Shown here one piece after another: positions 1 to 11,499 of a DNA stretch of 64,000 nucleotides (position 1 is the first letter of the stretch; each line of letters begins with the position of its first letter). The notes beneath the pieces were generated by a model. It did not search any database and was not told the origin of the DNA. It saw only the letters and a list, made by a program, of their open reading frames with translations. Source of the stretch: Carcharhinus longimanus (Eukaryota); NCBI GenBank assembly GCA_030264375.1, contig JASCQW010000081.1:93164923-93228922 (forward strand), in the 5' to 3' direction. The position numbers were made by a program, and so were the translations under genes.

Positions 1-1672
1 ATAGCAATTAAGTCTTAATGGGTATTTGAATCACAACACGAATGCTGTGAGTAACATAGTTTTCGTGGAAAATTGACTGACAGTAGTTGGCAGGAAATTG
101 GAGTAGTGATCACAATTTAACCGAATTGCAGACCAGTTTTGAAGGTCATATGTAATTAAAGTGCTGCAATTTGTTGAGATCTAAGTCTTAAACGATTTTC
201 TGCAAGGAAGGATTTTTTTTGTATTACGTCCTCAGGAATGGATTAGTAATATAGAAGGGCGAGGTAAAATGCACTTCTTCCGGAGTTGTCTTCCTGATCC
301 TATGGCAAATCGGCAGTGTTTCAAATTCCACCAGCAGCCATCAAGGCAAAAGATCCTGAAATTTAGCATCAATCCCAACGTGATATCATTACATATTCGT
401 TGATACAAATTTCATGCAGAGTTTCTGCCACGCCGGCTCCGTCAGTGTCCTCCCGCTCCTTCTAATGTTTGTGACGATATGTGTAGTGCACGTATGTTCG
501 TCCTGTAGTTTCGTATTTGCATGCTGATTGTCGAGACTGCAGTTTATTTTCATCACAACGCTCATCAGAAATAATTCCTGCTTTACCATGCGTACTGGTG
601 TTGCTGAAGTGTTCATATGTTAGCAGTTAATCTGTGTTACCGCATTATTACCATCAAATCAATGGGATTTAGATCAGGAGTTCCAGGCCTAAAGGTTAGC
701 AGAGCAAAACTGCAATAGAAGACTTCCACAGCAAATACGCGAAAGGCCCTTTTCAGTTAGTTTGCAAAAGAATCACGAAATTTAACCAGTAAGTAAGGAT
801 GAACATAAAGTAAAAAAAAAGACAATAATTGAGTGGCACGTGGGTTTCCATTGGAACCTAATTCGGCGACAGAATCAGCGGACAGAGTTGAAATTAAAGG
901 GCCGACTAAAATTACCTCTATCTTAGTCAAAAAAAAGAATGTTAAAGTAATATGGCGCCATTTAGGAATGAGTGCAAAGCCTATCTGGCAACGACAAGGC
1001 AATCTGTTCTTATTAATTATGCGAGAAAGTTTACATGGTGTAATTCTAAATAAAAGTTGAACTGATAACAAGAAATAACTCAAAATCAGTATGGATTTGA
1101 TAACAGGAAATTATGTGTGAATTGCTTCATTGAAATCCCTTTTGGTTGTTTAACAGTGATTTCACGTGGTATTCGGTTACTTTCCCCAGTTAAATCAGCA
1201 CGTTTCGATGTCATCTGAAATATGCCAATGCCTAAAGTTGATTCCGAAAGTGTGGGACCGTGTTTCATTTATGGATGTGTATTCGTGTCTCGCTTGACTC
1301 TACTGGAATCGACGAGTATGTAGCACGCCCACCGTCACCCTTCCAGAATTATCAGCAGAGAGCTGAAGGAGGGAGCCTACAGTGTAAACCGGCGTTGCTG
1401 AAACTGCACCTACATCTGTACTGGGATCGATTGTGTGTAGTTTATCTATCCTGCAATAAATCACCGCTGTGATTAGTCGCTGTCTCGATGTGAAACTTCG
1501 TCCTTCAGTAAAGAGTATTCAAGGACATGCGGAACATGTCTATAATGGGGTTTCAATAATGCAGCTGAAATTATGGCATTATTATAACATTCTCCGTTTA
1601 ATTATGGTATATTATATTTTTTCTCTACGTCATCAACCCTTATGCCTGACATGAATACATGGACATACGTAC

Positions 1673-1702
1673 CTATGAATTCTTCTTGCTGTGTGCCTGC
1701 GA
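1673..1702 (-). CDS. Candidate 30-nt phase-1 micro-exon, (I)AGTQQEEFI
   Basis: ttttcttacgttccag|tcgcaggcacacagcaagaagaattcatag|gtacgt; open in phase 1. Confidence 0.65.
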   Translation of the reverse strand, partial: SQAHSKKNS

Positions 1703-2005
1703 CTGGAACGTAAGAAAATCATGAGAAAAATAAAAACAGAACATGCAGAACATTTTTCCCCCGATCAATGTAACTATATGAAAAATGTAAGCAAAAAGAT
1801 GTTCCCTATAGCAATTAGTACACACGTCAGTCCAACAATAATGCCTTTAGAATAGTGAATATCACAATGTCAACAACATCTCCTTGGCAACCTGTTTGGT
1901 GCTTTTCCACGCAAGTTAACATTCCCATAATAGTAATTCATACATCGTATTCTTTGAAAATACGTTTCTTAAACCCACAATGAAACTGGAAAACCTGCGA
2001 CTTAC

Positions 2006-2032
2006 TTGTAACCTGTTCTTTGGATAGTTTTT
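2006..2032 (-). CDS. Candidate 27-nt phase-1 micro-exon, (E)KLSKEQVT
   Basis: ctgattttgtcttatatctacag|aaaaactatccaaagaacaggttacaa|gtaagt; consensus splice sites. Confidence 0.75.
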
Positions 2033-2511
2033 CTGTAGATATAAGACAAAATCAGAAGTTTGCCGAGAACAATGTGACAACAGAACATTAATCTGCACTG
2101 ACGAGTTTACCAATTTTTAGTGACACCCTTATTCACGATGTTTTCAGAATGAACATTGTGCATAAGGTTGGTTGCCAAGGAAAACAATACTACTTGGAAA
2201 GATTGCATAAATTGTCTTCATTCAAACTATCAAACACATTTCGTCTTAAAATATTGCCAGTAAGATTAGTGCAGCTCTGCGTATTGATGTTCATTAAAGC
2301 AGCAACATATTTTTTGTTCAGGCAGCAAACACCAAATTGACTGTTCGCGAATGTAATTTGCTAATGCAGATAAGTGAAGGTTTCCTAGGGTTAAGGAGTA
2401 TACTGCAGATAAATGTTAAAGGCGAACTAAGCAAGTTAATGGTGGAAAATCAAAAAATATCAAGATAAATTTCAGAAAAAAAGTATATATTTTTCAGTTA
2501 ACACATCTCAC

Positions 2512-2547
2512 CAGCGTCCGACAATTTTGTTTTCAGGCTCATAATTT
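2512..2547 (-). CDS. Candidate 36-nt phase-1 micro-exon, (E)IMSLKTKLSDA
   Basis: ctgactttgtttttaag|...gacgctg|gtgaga; paralog of 15124-15159 with synonymous codon changes. Confidence 0.8.
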
Positions 2548-2639
2548 CTTAAAAACAAAGTCAGTATGCACATCACATGTTAGAAACTGTGAAGGAGGTT
2601 TGCGTGTTCTGACATGAAAACAACAAAATAAAAGAAAAT

Positions 2640-2787
2640 GTTAGCAGGTCTGACAGCATTTGTGGAGAGTGAGGCTGCGTCAATATTTCATGATTCATAT
2701 TTTATAGGGCGTATCGGAAGTAGTTAAATAAGAACACAAGGTGTTAAATATATTTTTGTCTCAACAGATGCTACCAAACCTGCTAAC
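2640..2787. repeat. Imperfect inverted repeat, probable Penelope-type terminal repeat remnant
   Basis: Arms gttagcaggtctgacagcatttgtggaga (2640-2668) and tctcaacagatgctaccaaacctgctaac (2759-2787); resembles a common chondrichthyan repeat. Confidence 0.5.
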
Positions 2788-3409
2788 GTTTTACAATGCT
2801 TTCTGTTCTAAACAAAGAGAAAAGTTGTGCCACTGTTCAATGATGTTGACATACATTAATCTTGTAGTGGTCGTTATAAAACTTTCATGAAATTTTCATT
2901 CATTTGAAGAGTCCAAACTTCCACTTGGAAATAATAATTTTATTAATTTGTAGAAAAAAAAATCGGAATAAAACGTCACGCTGTTGTTTTTCAACATAAC
3001 ATTATCCTGAACGAAAATAAAATAGAGTTCATCAACTTTGCTGCTTACATTATTGTTCACTTATTCTAGAAAGCAAACATTTAACACCAACAAAATACGC
3101 ATATCATGGCTTGTTGCAAACCGATTTTGAATTTTGTGGCATAATCAATGCAACAGTTCAATTATGAATGCAAAAATTGAAATGTAGCATATACTTCACA
3201 TTTAAAGCAACTTAATAACCGTCCATGTACTAAATTTACTTTTCGATGTTTTGAGCAGGTGTAAAAGAACGTGTTTATGTTCCAGTCTCTGCACATGCAT
3301 AATATTGCACTGCACTATGCTTGCAGCTAAATTTATTTAACCTGAATTCCCGTTTATATTAATTAATTTGAAAAAAAAACTTCTGCACCTTTATTGGACA
3401 AAAATTACA

Positions 3410-4330
3410 CTATTGAACCTCTTAAAATTTATCAGATCATGACCAAAAATGTTGATGGACAACGAGAGAGATAGATAGTGGTAAGTTTGTGTGTTCGAAA
3501 AATAGAGTGATGACAATCTTTCACTGCGAGGGAGTATGTTTGCATGGTAAAAAGTGCATGAAGACTGGACAGAAATAGTTAGGTTAATTGAACGGAAACA
3601 TACCTGTCAAAATATGTTACAAGTCAGAGAATGCGAAATTGCCTATTTTCGGGAAGAATCGGCATACGCACAGCATCAAATAAGTGAGAAATTTCAGATC
3701 TCGAAAGGCAGAGTGACGTGCTTAACCCAATACATTAAATGCAATTACAGTGCCAGTAGAGCACGTATTTAGGAAAGCTTAAGCAATATTATCGGCTTTT
3801 TCTGAGTAGCACTGAAAATAGAAGTAGAGCGAATGAGCTTCAATTGTTCAGGTGGCCAGTGGGAACCATTTTGGATGACAACATATTGTGCATGGACACG
3901 TTATTTAATGAAGGATATAAAAACCGTGGAAGCAATTCACCGATGTCTTATCGTCTTATTAGGAAAGGAGGGACACGCTCGCCTTCAATCTGTCGGTGAC
4001 CATCATAAAATAAGTGAACTGACTGGGTATATAAGTTTCTGAGTCGTCTGGATAAGGTGCAGTTAAAACAGATTTTTCCATTTATGGGGTAATCTAGAAT
4101 TAAGATCCGTAGTTCGTCATTTAAAAAAAAACAGATGAATCGTTCGTTTCTTTCTCGCAAGTTGTCATGAGATTTGATTCAACTGTTCCTGAAAAGATGA
4201 TGCAAATAGACCTTTGAAAAAGATTACTCCTGGTAGAGTGAACAGAGCTGCGGTAAGCAAGGTGTGTTTAGATTATCGTTGTTACCCGATTTGAATACAG
4301 GACCGAATACAAGGCTTGAATACCGACTTC
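3410..4330 (+). mobile_element. Heavily decayed CR1 LINE 3' part
   Basis: Residual 'MLQVRECEIAYFRE' resembling CR1 'M.YNV.KCEV.HFG'; CR1-like downstream sequence. Confidence 0.55.
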
Positions 4331-4464
4331 AGGGTAGGATCAAAACAACTACGCCCGGATCAAACTGGAGGGTTTGCCGATCCTTCTGCTGCCGACCTTC
4401 CCGCTTCTTTATTGCAAGCTGTGAGCTTAGCTGATTGCAATAGACCCATGTGGAGATTACATAC

Positions 4465-4491
4465 CAGAATCTTTTTGCAATAATTGTCTCA
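4465..4491 (-). CDS. Candidate 27-nt phase-1 micro-exon, (V)RQLLQKDS
   Basis: ttttcccctttgattttcag|tgagacaattattgcaaaaagattctg|gtatgt; paralog of 17769-17795 (17/27 nt, Leu codons differ synonymously). Confidence 0.8.
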
Positions 4492-4639
4492 CTGAAAATC
4501 AAAGGGGAAAACAGTTTATTTGTTTCCACACGTTATCATGCATTTTATTTTACAAACTTTAATTGACACTGTAACATCAAACCAAGTAGAATAGATTAGT
4601 TGTACAGAGATGAGCTCACTCATTGCGGTCAAAGGCTGG

Positions 4640-4850
4640 ACGGCGACTCAATGGTTAGCATTGAAGGCTCTTGCGCTAGGGGCTCCAGCTTCAATTCAGG
4701 CCGTATGTGGAAATTATATATGCTGCCCGTGCCTGCCTGGGTTTCCAACGTACATGGATAAGATGTCCTGACAGAGAATCAATGCGAATACGATGGACTG
4801 AAGGGAGTAGTCCTATTCATCTGCAGAAGGTTCCTGCGCCCAGCAATACT
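4640..4850 (+). mobile_element. Decayed tRNA-derived SINE (HE1/V-SINE-like)
   Basis: Degenerate match to the intact SINE at 41651 (tggttagca...gggtttcc). Confidence 0.5.
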
Positions 4851-5383
4851 ACTTTCCTTTGAACTGAGCTGCTTGATGACAATTTCAGAGTTCTTAGTTC
4901 TGTTTGTACTCTTTACAGTGAACATCTCTTTCAGTCAACATGATGTGTGTTTCTTTGAAACAACTCCTGCAAAGAGCAATCACCTTTATGTTTCAATTCC
5001 ACAGCAATTGATATTTTTGAGGCATCATAAAAGAAAAATTGGCAATGAAACAGGATATCGTTTATCTCATTTGAATACCAAGAAAATTTCAAGAACACCA
5101 AGAAATACCAAGAAAAAGCTAGGACAAATCGTTCAGGGCCCTCAAACGTCGAATATTAGAACGCTGGGGAGAAGGGGTAAGTGAGATAAACGTTGAGGTG
5201 CCAGCGAGGGAAGACCACAGAAGAAAACAATTCTTTGTGAGTTTAGAAATAGGGTTCATTTTTATTTAGATAAACGTGAGACTTTAGACATTGATTTGCA
5301 TATATGAAAGGCAGAAATGTTTGATGTACTTCAAGGGTAATTTTAAAAAAAATCATAAATCCAGCCAATGGTCTACAGGTTGA

Positions 5384-5428
5384 CAGATAGGTAGCTAGAT
5401 AGGTAGATAGATAGATAGACAGACAGAT
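5384..5428. repeat. (AGAT/AGAC)n microsatellite
   Basis: Visible tetranucleotide run. Confidence 0.85.
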
Positions 5429-5784
5429 GCGCTGACCTGCTCGTACAGGCAAAAGAGATAGCGTGTAGTTATTGCCGATTTGTGTCTTCAATCAGTAAAG
5501 CAAAAAAAAATGTTCCTCTGCATCGCGTATTCTGCACTTTGGGAAAGAGAGCAACATTACAAATGGGTCGCTCATAACAATATTTATCCCTATAATATGA
5601 TGTAAATCATTTAATTCCTGAACGTTGGTTCATCTGGCAAAACCAGGAAACACAATTAAGATGGCTTGCAAAGATTCTTGATTGAAAAGCATGATGCTTC
5701 ATAACGAATAATCATCGTGGGACTGTTCAGGTTCCATTTAATGATTCATGTGGAAAGCAAACGCATTGCTCAGTCTGCGGCAAC

Positions 5785-5814
5785 CTGCAAAACGTTGATG
5801 CAACACTGCATTTG
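5785..5814 (-). CDS. Candidate 30-nt phase-1 micro-exon, (T)NAVLHQRFA
   Basis: aattgtatctttttcag|caaatgcagtgttgcatcaacgttttgcag|gttgcc; strong acceptor, weak donor. Confidence 0.45.
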
Positions 5815-6641
5815 CTGAAAAAGATACAATTTCATAATGCCTAGTTTGTGTACACAAAAAAGAAGATTGCTTGCTGAACATGCCTTGTCTCGAATGGTGG
5901 CCGTGGGAGCTGCAATATCGATAGAACTGACTGCCAAATTATCATCACAATTTTGTGCAGGAATGAAAATCCACTATTTGGAAATACCCACAAATGTCAA
6001 AACAACAATTCATATCTCAGGAATATGTCAAAATGGCTCATTCAGCGAGTGAATGCTGGGGGAAGGATTGCGGCAAATGGTGTCAGAGTGCAAGTCTTGA
6101 GCGATGACTGTTTCCCTGAGGATAACATTCAAAATAAGCAGATGAAAAAGAAATTGATTGTGATAAATGAAATTTGGATATATATGAAGAAAAGCATTAC
6201 AGATGTATAAAATAGAATGTGGAAAAATACAAGGAACTCCGCCTGAACGCATGGTATTTACAGGATGAATCATACAGATGCTGGGTAATTCCGAAATTAC
6301 AGGGATGACATATTAGGAAGTAAGTTGATACTGGTGTACTTTCTGAGTCTACATACCAAAAAAAAAGACACCGAATGTTTTTTGTTTAAAATGTGGTAAT
6401 AAAATTTTAAGTATATTCACGAGAGCGTTTTTGCGACTTAAATTTTACATCGTCATCAACATGCAGTCGAGGGGGCAAAAATATGAGATAGCCCTTCAGG
6501 TGGTGTGTTGTAATTTTTCTGGTCTTTTTAGGATACAATTGATAGAAAATATAAATATTAACTGGAGTGTTGTCAGCAGATTGTTCGATGTCAAAACTGA
6601 TGGAAAAGCTTTCTGAATAATTAGCATATTGCATTCGAAGA

Positions 6642-7625
6642 GGCTTAGTGAATTAAACGGAAGAGAAAATCAAGAGAAATCCTAATAGTCAAGCAAGATT
6701 TTTTTTAAAATCAAGAGTAGTGTCATATGAATACGGCCTCAAGAATAAACATGACTTGTTAACACTGGAGTGTTAGATCTGTGCACAGTCTGTGACGTGG
6801 CTTCACCCATTTACAAATACAATGAACTAAGATGGTTCAGCTCTGATTTGTGATTATGTTAAAACAACAATAAATACAGAGTTATGCATGCAAGAAATAT
6901 GTACCAAGTGTAATTTGATGAGCTACGGTAGCGTTTCCTGCTCACTCAGAGGTTAGGAAACTTGAAAGATCAACAGGAAATGACGAAAAATGCTATAAAG
7001 GAAAGTATGATAGGTTATGAGAGCAAGTTATTTCAAAATGCAGAAACAGTTAGTGAAAGTTTCTACATATGTAAAAATCGCAGCAGAGTAGCTATGGCAA
7101 ACATTTATCATTTAGGGGGTGATAATGGGTATCAATAACTGAAATTATGAAATGGTCGAGACATTGAACAGGTCGCTATTGTGTCGCTATTGTGACAAAA
7201 TGAATAGTATACTCCTCTCACAGAATTAACACTCAAGGAACGCAAGAAGATGAGCTTCCCTTTCATAATCAATTTTACCTGTGTGCGTACGTGAAATAGT
7301 ACCATCTGCCTATAGTAATTTTATTGCCGAATTTAAAATAGCCACCTGGGACTCTCTCTTTAAAATAACAAGTAACACTTTATTTTATCTAACAAACAGT
7401 GAACAGATTAAGTAAACGGCAAACAAACAGAATAAATCAGCATTTTATATTCGAAGAGATATTCGGCTTAGTGAATGAACTGGAAGAGAAAATCAAGAGA
7501 AAGCCTAATAGTCAAGCAAGATTTTTCTAAAATCAAGAGTAGTGTCATATGAATACGGCCTCAAGAATAAACATGACTTGTTAACACTGGAGTGTAAGAT
7601 CTGCACACAGTCTGTGACATGGCTT
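6642..7625 (+). repeat. About 160-bp direct repeat pair (6642-6803 and 7465-7625)
   Basis: Near-identical copies, both starting and ending in ggctt. Confidence 0.9.
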
Positions 7626-8320
7626 AAATAATAACAATTCTGACTTATTACCAATAATAAAATATAATTTTTAGTCACATTAAAAATGCAGTCAGATGTG
7701 TCGACTTCCTGGAATCGTTTTGCTTCTTTGATTTTGTTCTTGTGTCTTTTGAGAGGAAATAAGGCTTTCTCTTGAAACATGTATTGCGGCTGTCTCACTG
7801 GCAGGAAGTTATCTATTTACATCTCTCTAGCTGTGAGCTATGGCCTTAATTGGTGGAAGATGCAATGGCTGTTTTGTGACAGTTCGGAGCTGTGAGCTGA
7901 AGTGTTTAAACTCGCACTGACATACCAACATTCGTACAATAAGATTGGGTCACAGGTCATCAAAACATCAAAATCCAAATCCGATAGCCTGCTGATTTTC
8001 AAATGCCTATTTCAAATTATTTGGTTAAAATAAAAACATATTCTGGTTCAAATACCTGAAATCTGTTACCAATGTAACCCTAATGTCACCCGATGCCTTG
8101 TTTCAGTCTGAACTGGATTTTAGCACCTTTTTTTTATATATACAAACAAAACTCCTTTTCAGTCATCGCCTTTAAAACAAACAACTGTTTCACTCTTTTA
8201 CAACACTAACTTTGAAACATCTCCCCCTTTCCGTAAAGAAAATGAACCTTCATCATAAAAAAAATGCTTCATGCATTTTCTTCAGTTTAAATCGCGAAAT
8301 TGCATCCAGAATCATATCGA
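7191..8320 (-). mobile_element. 3' LTR (about 7191-8219), PPT and RNase H C-terminus of a Gypsy (Gmr1-like) LTR retrotransposon
   Basis: TG...CA termini; polypurine tract ggaaagggggaga abutting at 8220-8232; minus-strand DMILDAISR (cf. NVIADALSR) about 60-90 bp upstream. Confidence 0.6.
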
Positions 8321-8449
8321 TCCAGTGTCAGCTGTATTGGGAGGTGGAGGGGGATAACTATGTGAGGTTACAGGAGTAAGGCCTGGGGTGGTCAGTGCAG
8401 ACTTGTTGGACTGAATGGCCTCCTTCTACACAGTAGGATTTAATTGATT

Positions 8450-10075
8450 ATTTATATGATTAAAGGCAGACAAGTCCCCTGGCCCTGATGGAATGTATCA
8501 CAGGTTCCAAACAAAATGGTGGGGGAATTGTAAACGCATTTGTTGTAATTTACAAAACGTTGCTGCACTCTGGGCCATTCTTGCAGGTTGGAAAACAGCA
8601 AATGTAACACTATTGTTTACAAAGGGAGGTAGACACAAAACAGGAAAATATTAGTTGGGTAATTTAACATGTGTATTGTGGTAACTGCTTCAGTCTATGA
8701 TCAAGGACAAAATAGTGGGACTTCTGGGTGTGGGTTATCCCATTCGGATGACGCAAAGTGAGTTCATGACAGCCATGCCATTTTAAACTCGTTTACTCCA
8801 ATTATTTCAGGACATTCCCAGCAGAGCTTGATGTGGTATACCTGGATTCCCAGAAGATAGTCAACAAAGTTCTGCACAAAAGGCTGTTGCATATGATAAA
8901 GTTGTATAGCATAATGACTCATGCACTGGCATGGGTAGAGGATTGGTTAACTAATCAAAAAAGCAAAAATAGGGTAAATTGAATTTTTCCTGATTGGCAA
9001 TCAGTGACGAGTGTTGTGCCTCAGTTGTCAACATTGGAGCCGCAATTGCTTGCAATTGACCAAAATGTTTGTTGTTTCGGAGAAAGTGCAAGTGTGTCAA
9101 AGTTTGCAGATGACATTAAGATGAGTTACAAAACTAAATGTGCAGAGAACACTCAACGTCTGCAAACGGATACAGTTATTCGAAGGGAGTGTACGTGGGT
9201 CTGTCAGATTTGGCACACCTTTGGTAAATGTGAGATCATCCATTTTTGTAGGATCAACAGAACAATGACCCATTATTTAAATGCTAAATGTTGCAGCTTG
9301 CTGCTGTGCACAGGGTCCTGGCTATCTGTGTGCATAGGGTTCGCAAAACGTTGGTTTGCAGGTGCAACAGGTAATTTGGAAGGCAAGTGGAATTGTGTCC
9401 TTCATGGCTGGAGGGAAGGACTTTAAAACTGGGATGTCATATTGCAGCTATATAAGGTGCTGGTGAAGCCACACCTGGAGTACTGTGTACGGATTTGGTT
9501 TCCTTACTTAAGACATAGCATACTGGCACTGGATGGGGAGTGGTGGCTGGGGGGCAGGGGTGGGGGGACTTGGTGAAGGGGTGCACATGAGATTCACTAG
9601 GTTGATTCCGGATTTGAGTGGGTTGGCTTAAGAGGAGACATTGTTTCGACTGGGACTGTATTCCGTGGCATTCAGAAAATGAGTGGGGATTCTGTGGACA
9701 CATAATCATGAAGGGTATAGATAGATAGAAACAGGGTGATTATTGTCACTGTCAGTTAAACTGAAATCGAGACATTGCCTCAATATGAGGGGTGCAAAAT
9801 TTGCGACTAATTTGAAGAGGAACTCCTTCAACAAAAATGTTGTGATCTGTAGAATTCCCTGCCCAGTGAAGATGATGCAGCTACCCATTGATTTGTTTTA
9901 CTTTCAGGGAAAGATATATGTTTAAACAATAACGGGATTAAGGGATATGGTGAGTGGGCGGGTAAGAGGAGTTGAGTCCATGGAAATATCAGCCATGATC
10001 TTATTGAATGGCGGGACAGGCTCAAGGTGCCAAATGAAATCCTCTTGCTACTATTTTTATGTTATTATGTTCTGA
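8450..10075 (+). mobile_element. CR1 LINE ORF2 (RT) and 3' UTR, decayed
   Basis: DKSPGPDG, VTSVVPQ, KFADD, KCEIIHF, VKPHLEYCV motifs; CR1-type tail. Confidence 0.9.
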
Positions 10076-10100
10076 ATGAGCATTGCACGTCATTACTTAC

Positions 10101-10127
10101 TGGTCGATTGAAGCAGTTTTCTGCATT
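10101..10127 (-). CDS. Candidate 27-nt phase-1 micro-exon, (E)CRKLLQST
   Basis: tttcttattattttccattag|aatgcagaaaactgcttcaatcgacca|gtaagt; paralog of 19451-19480 (20/27 nt). Confidence 0.8.
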
Positions 10128-11499
10128 CTAATGGAAAATAATAAGAAACATTGCAGTAAATAACTAAAACCTCATAACGGATCAAACAATGAAATTACAA
10201 TGCACGAAAATCATTAAATGAAACATGACATGGGAGGGAAATGTTTAATGCATTGCAATACATTGCTATTTTTTGACAGTTACATATTTCAATATTTGCC
10301 TAATTTGTAAATTGATTTTTTTTTGGCGGGGGGGGGGGGGTGGGGGGCGTGCGTTGCAAGATGCCGATGTGTCTTTCGTATGGAAGCACATTATACCACG
10401 TAACCAACAGATAGTCTCCTGAGATCGGAAGATCCTCGACGTGCAACTTGTGTCAAATTGCGGAAACAGAATTGCCTGATTCTGTCCACGTATATTAGAA
10501 ATTTGAGGGTGTTGAAAAATGTGTGGAAGAGGGAGCAATTGACAATTGCCCGAATGCACACACAACAGTTCTACCGGCGAGGAAAAACGCGATGCTCATG
10601 ACAGTCCGATAAATGTTTTCCGCCAGGCTAAATAATTCAAATATCTCTCCCTCACCTGAGGAGGATCTGTAATGTTGTGGAAGGATCGAAGTTTAAGTAC
10701 ATGTTGTAGGCTGGAGGTACAGACCTGATGGTAGTGATATCAATTTATTTCCATCATTTGGCTCACTAGGAACTTCTTCCGTGATAAATGTTTGCAATTG
10801 GAGTAAAATGCTCTACACGTTGATGCATGGATGCTAAATTGTTGCCATCAAATCCACAGGAATACAAAACTTGAACTCGAGGCTTAGAGGCAATTCTGGC
10901 GCATGCGTGGTGCATTTTCAGAGAGGATTGATAATTTAACTTTGTTGAAACGAAATTATGTCTTTCAAGGTTATAATCAGACACTGTTTTCCATGTCAAT
11001 AATTGAATGATTAGTGGTTTGGCAAGAGGACATCATTTGGATAGAGAGTACACACATTACTATAATGAGAAAACAAGCAACAACAATCTCCTAAATTAAA
11101 GATGAAGACACACACGCACAAAATTAAAATATATCACATGGCAACATTTCGCATTTTCAACTCTTGGCAGGCAATCGACAACGAATCGTACAAAGACATG
11201 ACAATCTCTGGTGGTCAACGCTGTGGGTAACGCAGCCCTGTATAATTTTGAATCAATTCAACTGCTAATGAGCACTACGTTAAAGTGAGTTGAAATTTGG
11301 TGAAGAGACATCATAAGCGAATAACTTCCTTGAAATGTTCTTATTTTCAGAGCAGAAGCACGGTTCATCATTATATAGAAAGATAGAGCATATAAAATAG
11401 CAGCAAGAAAAGTAGCGTTCCCCGGCCAATTGCAGACAACCCATGGGAGGCTGCACCAAAAACCATTATGACACTGGCTAATTATGGAACTCTGCAACT

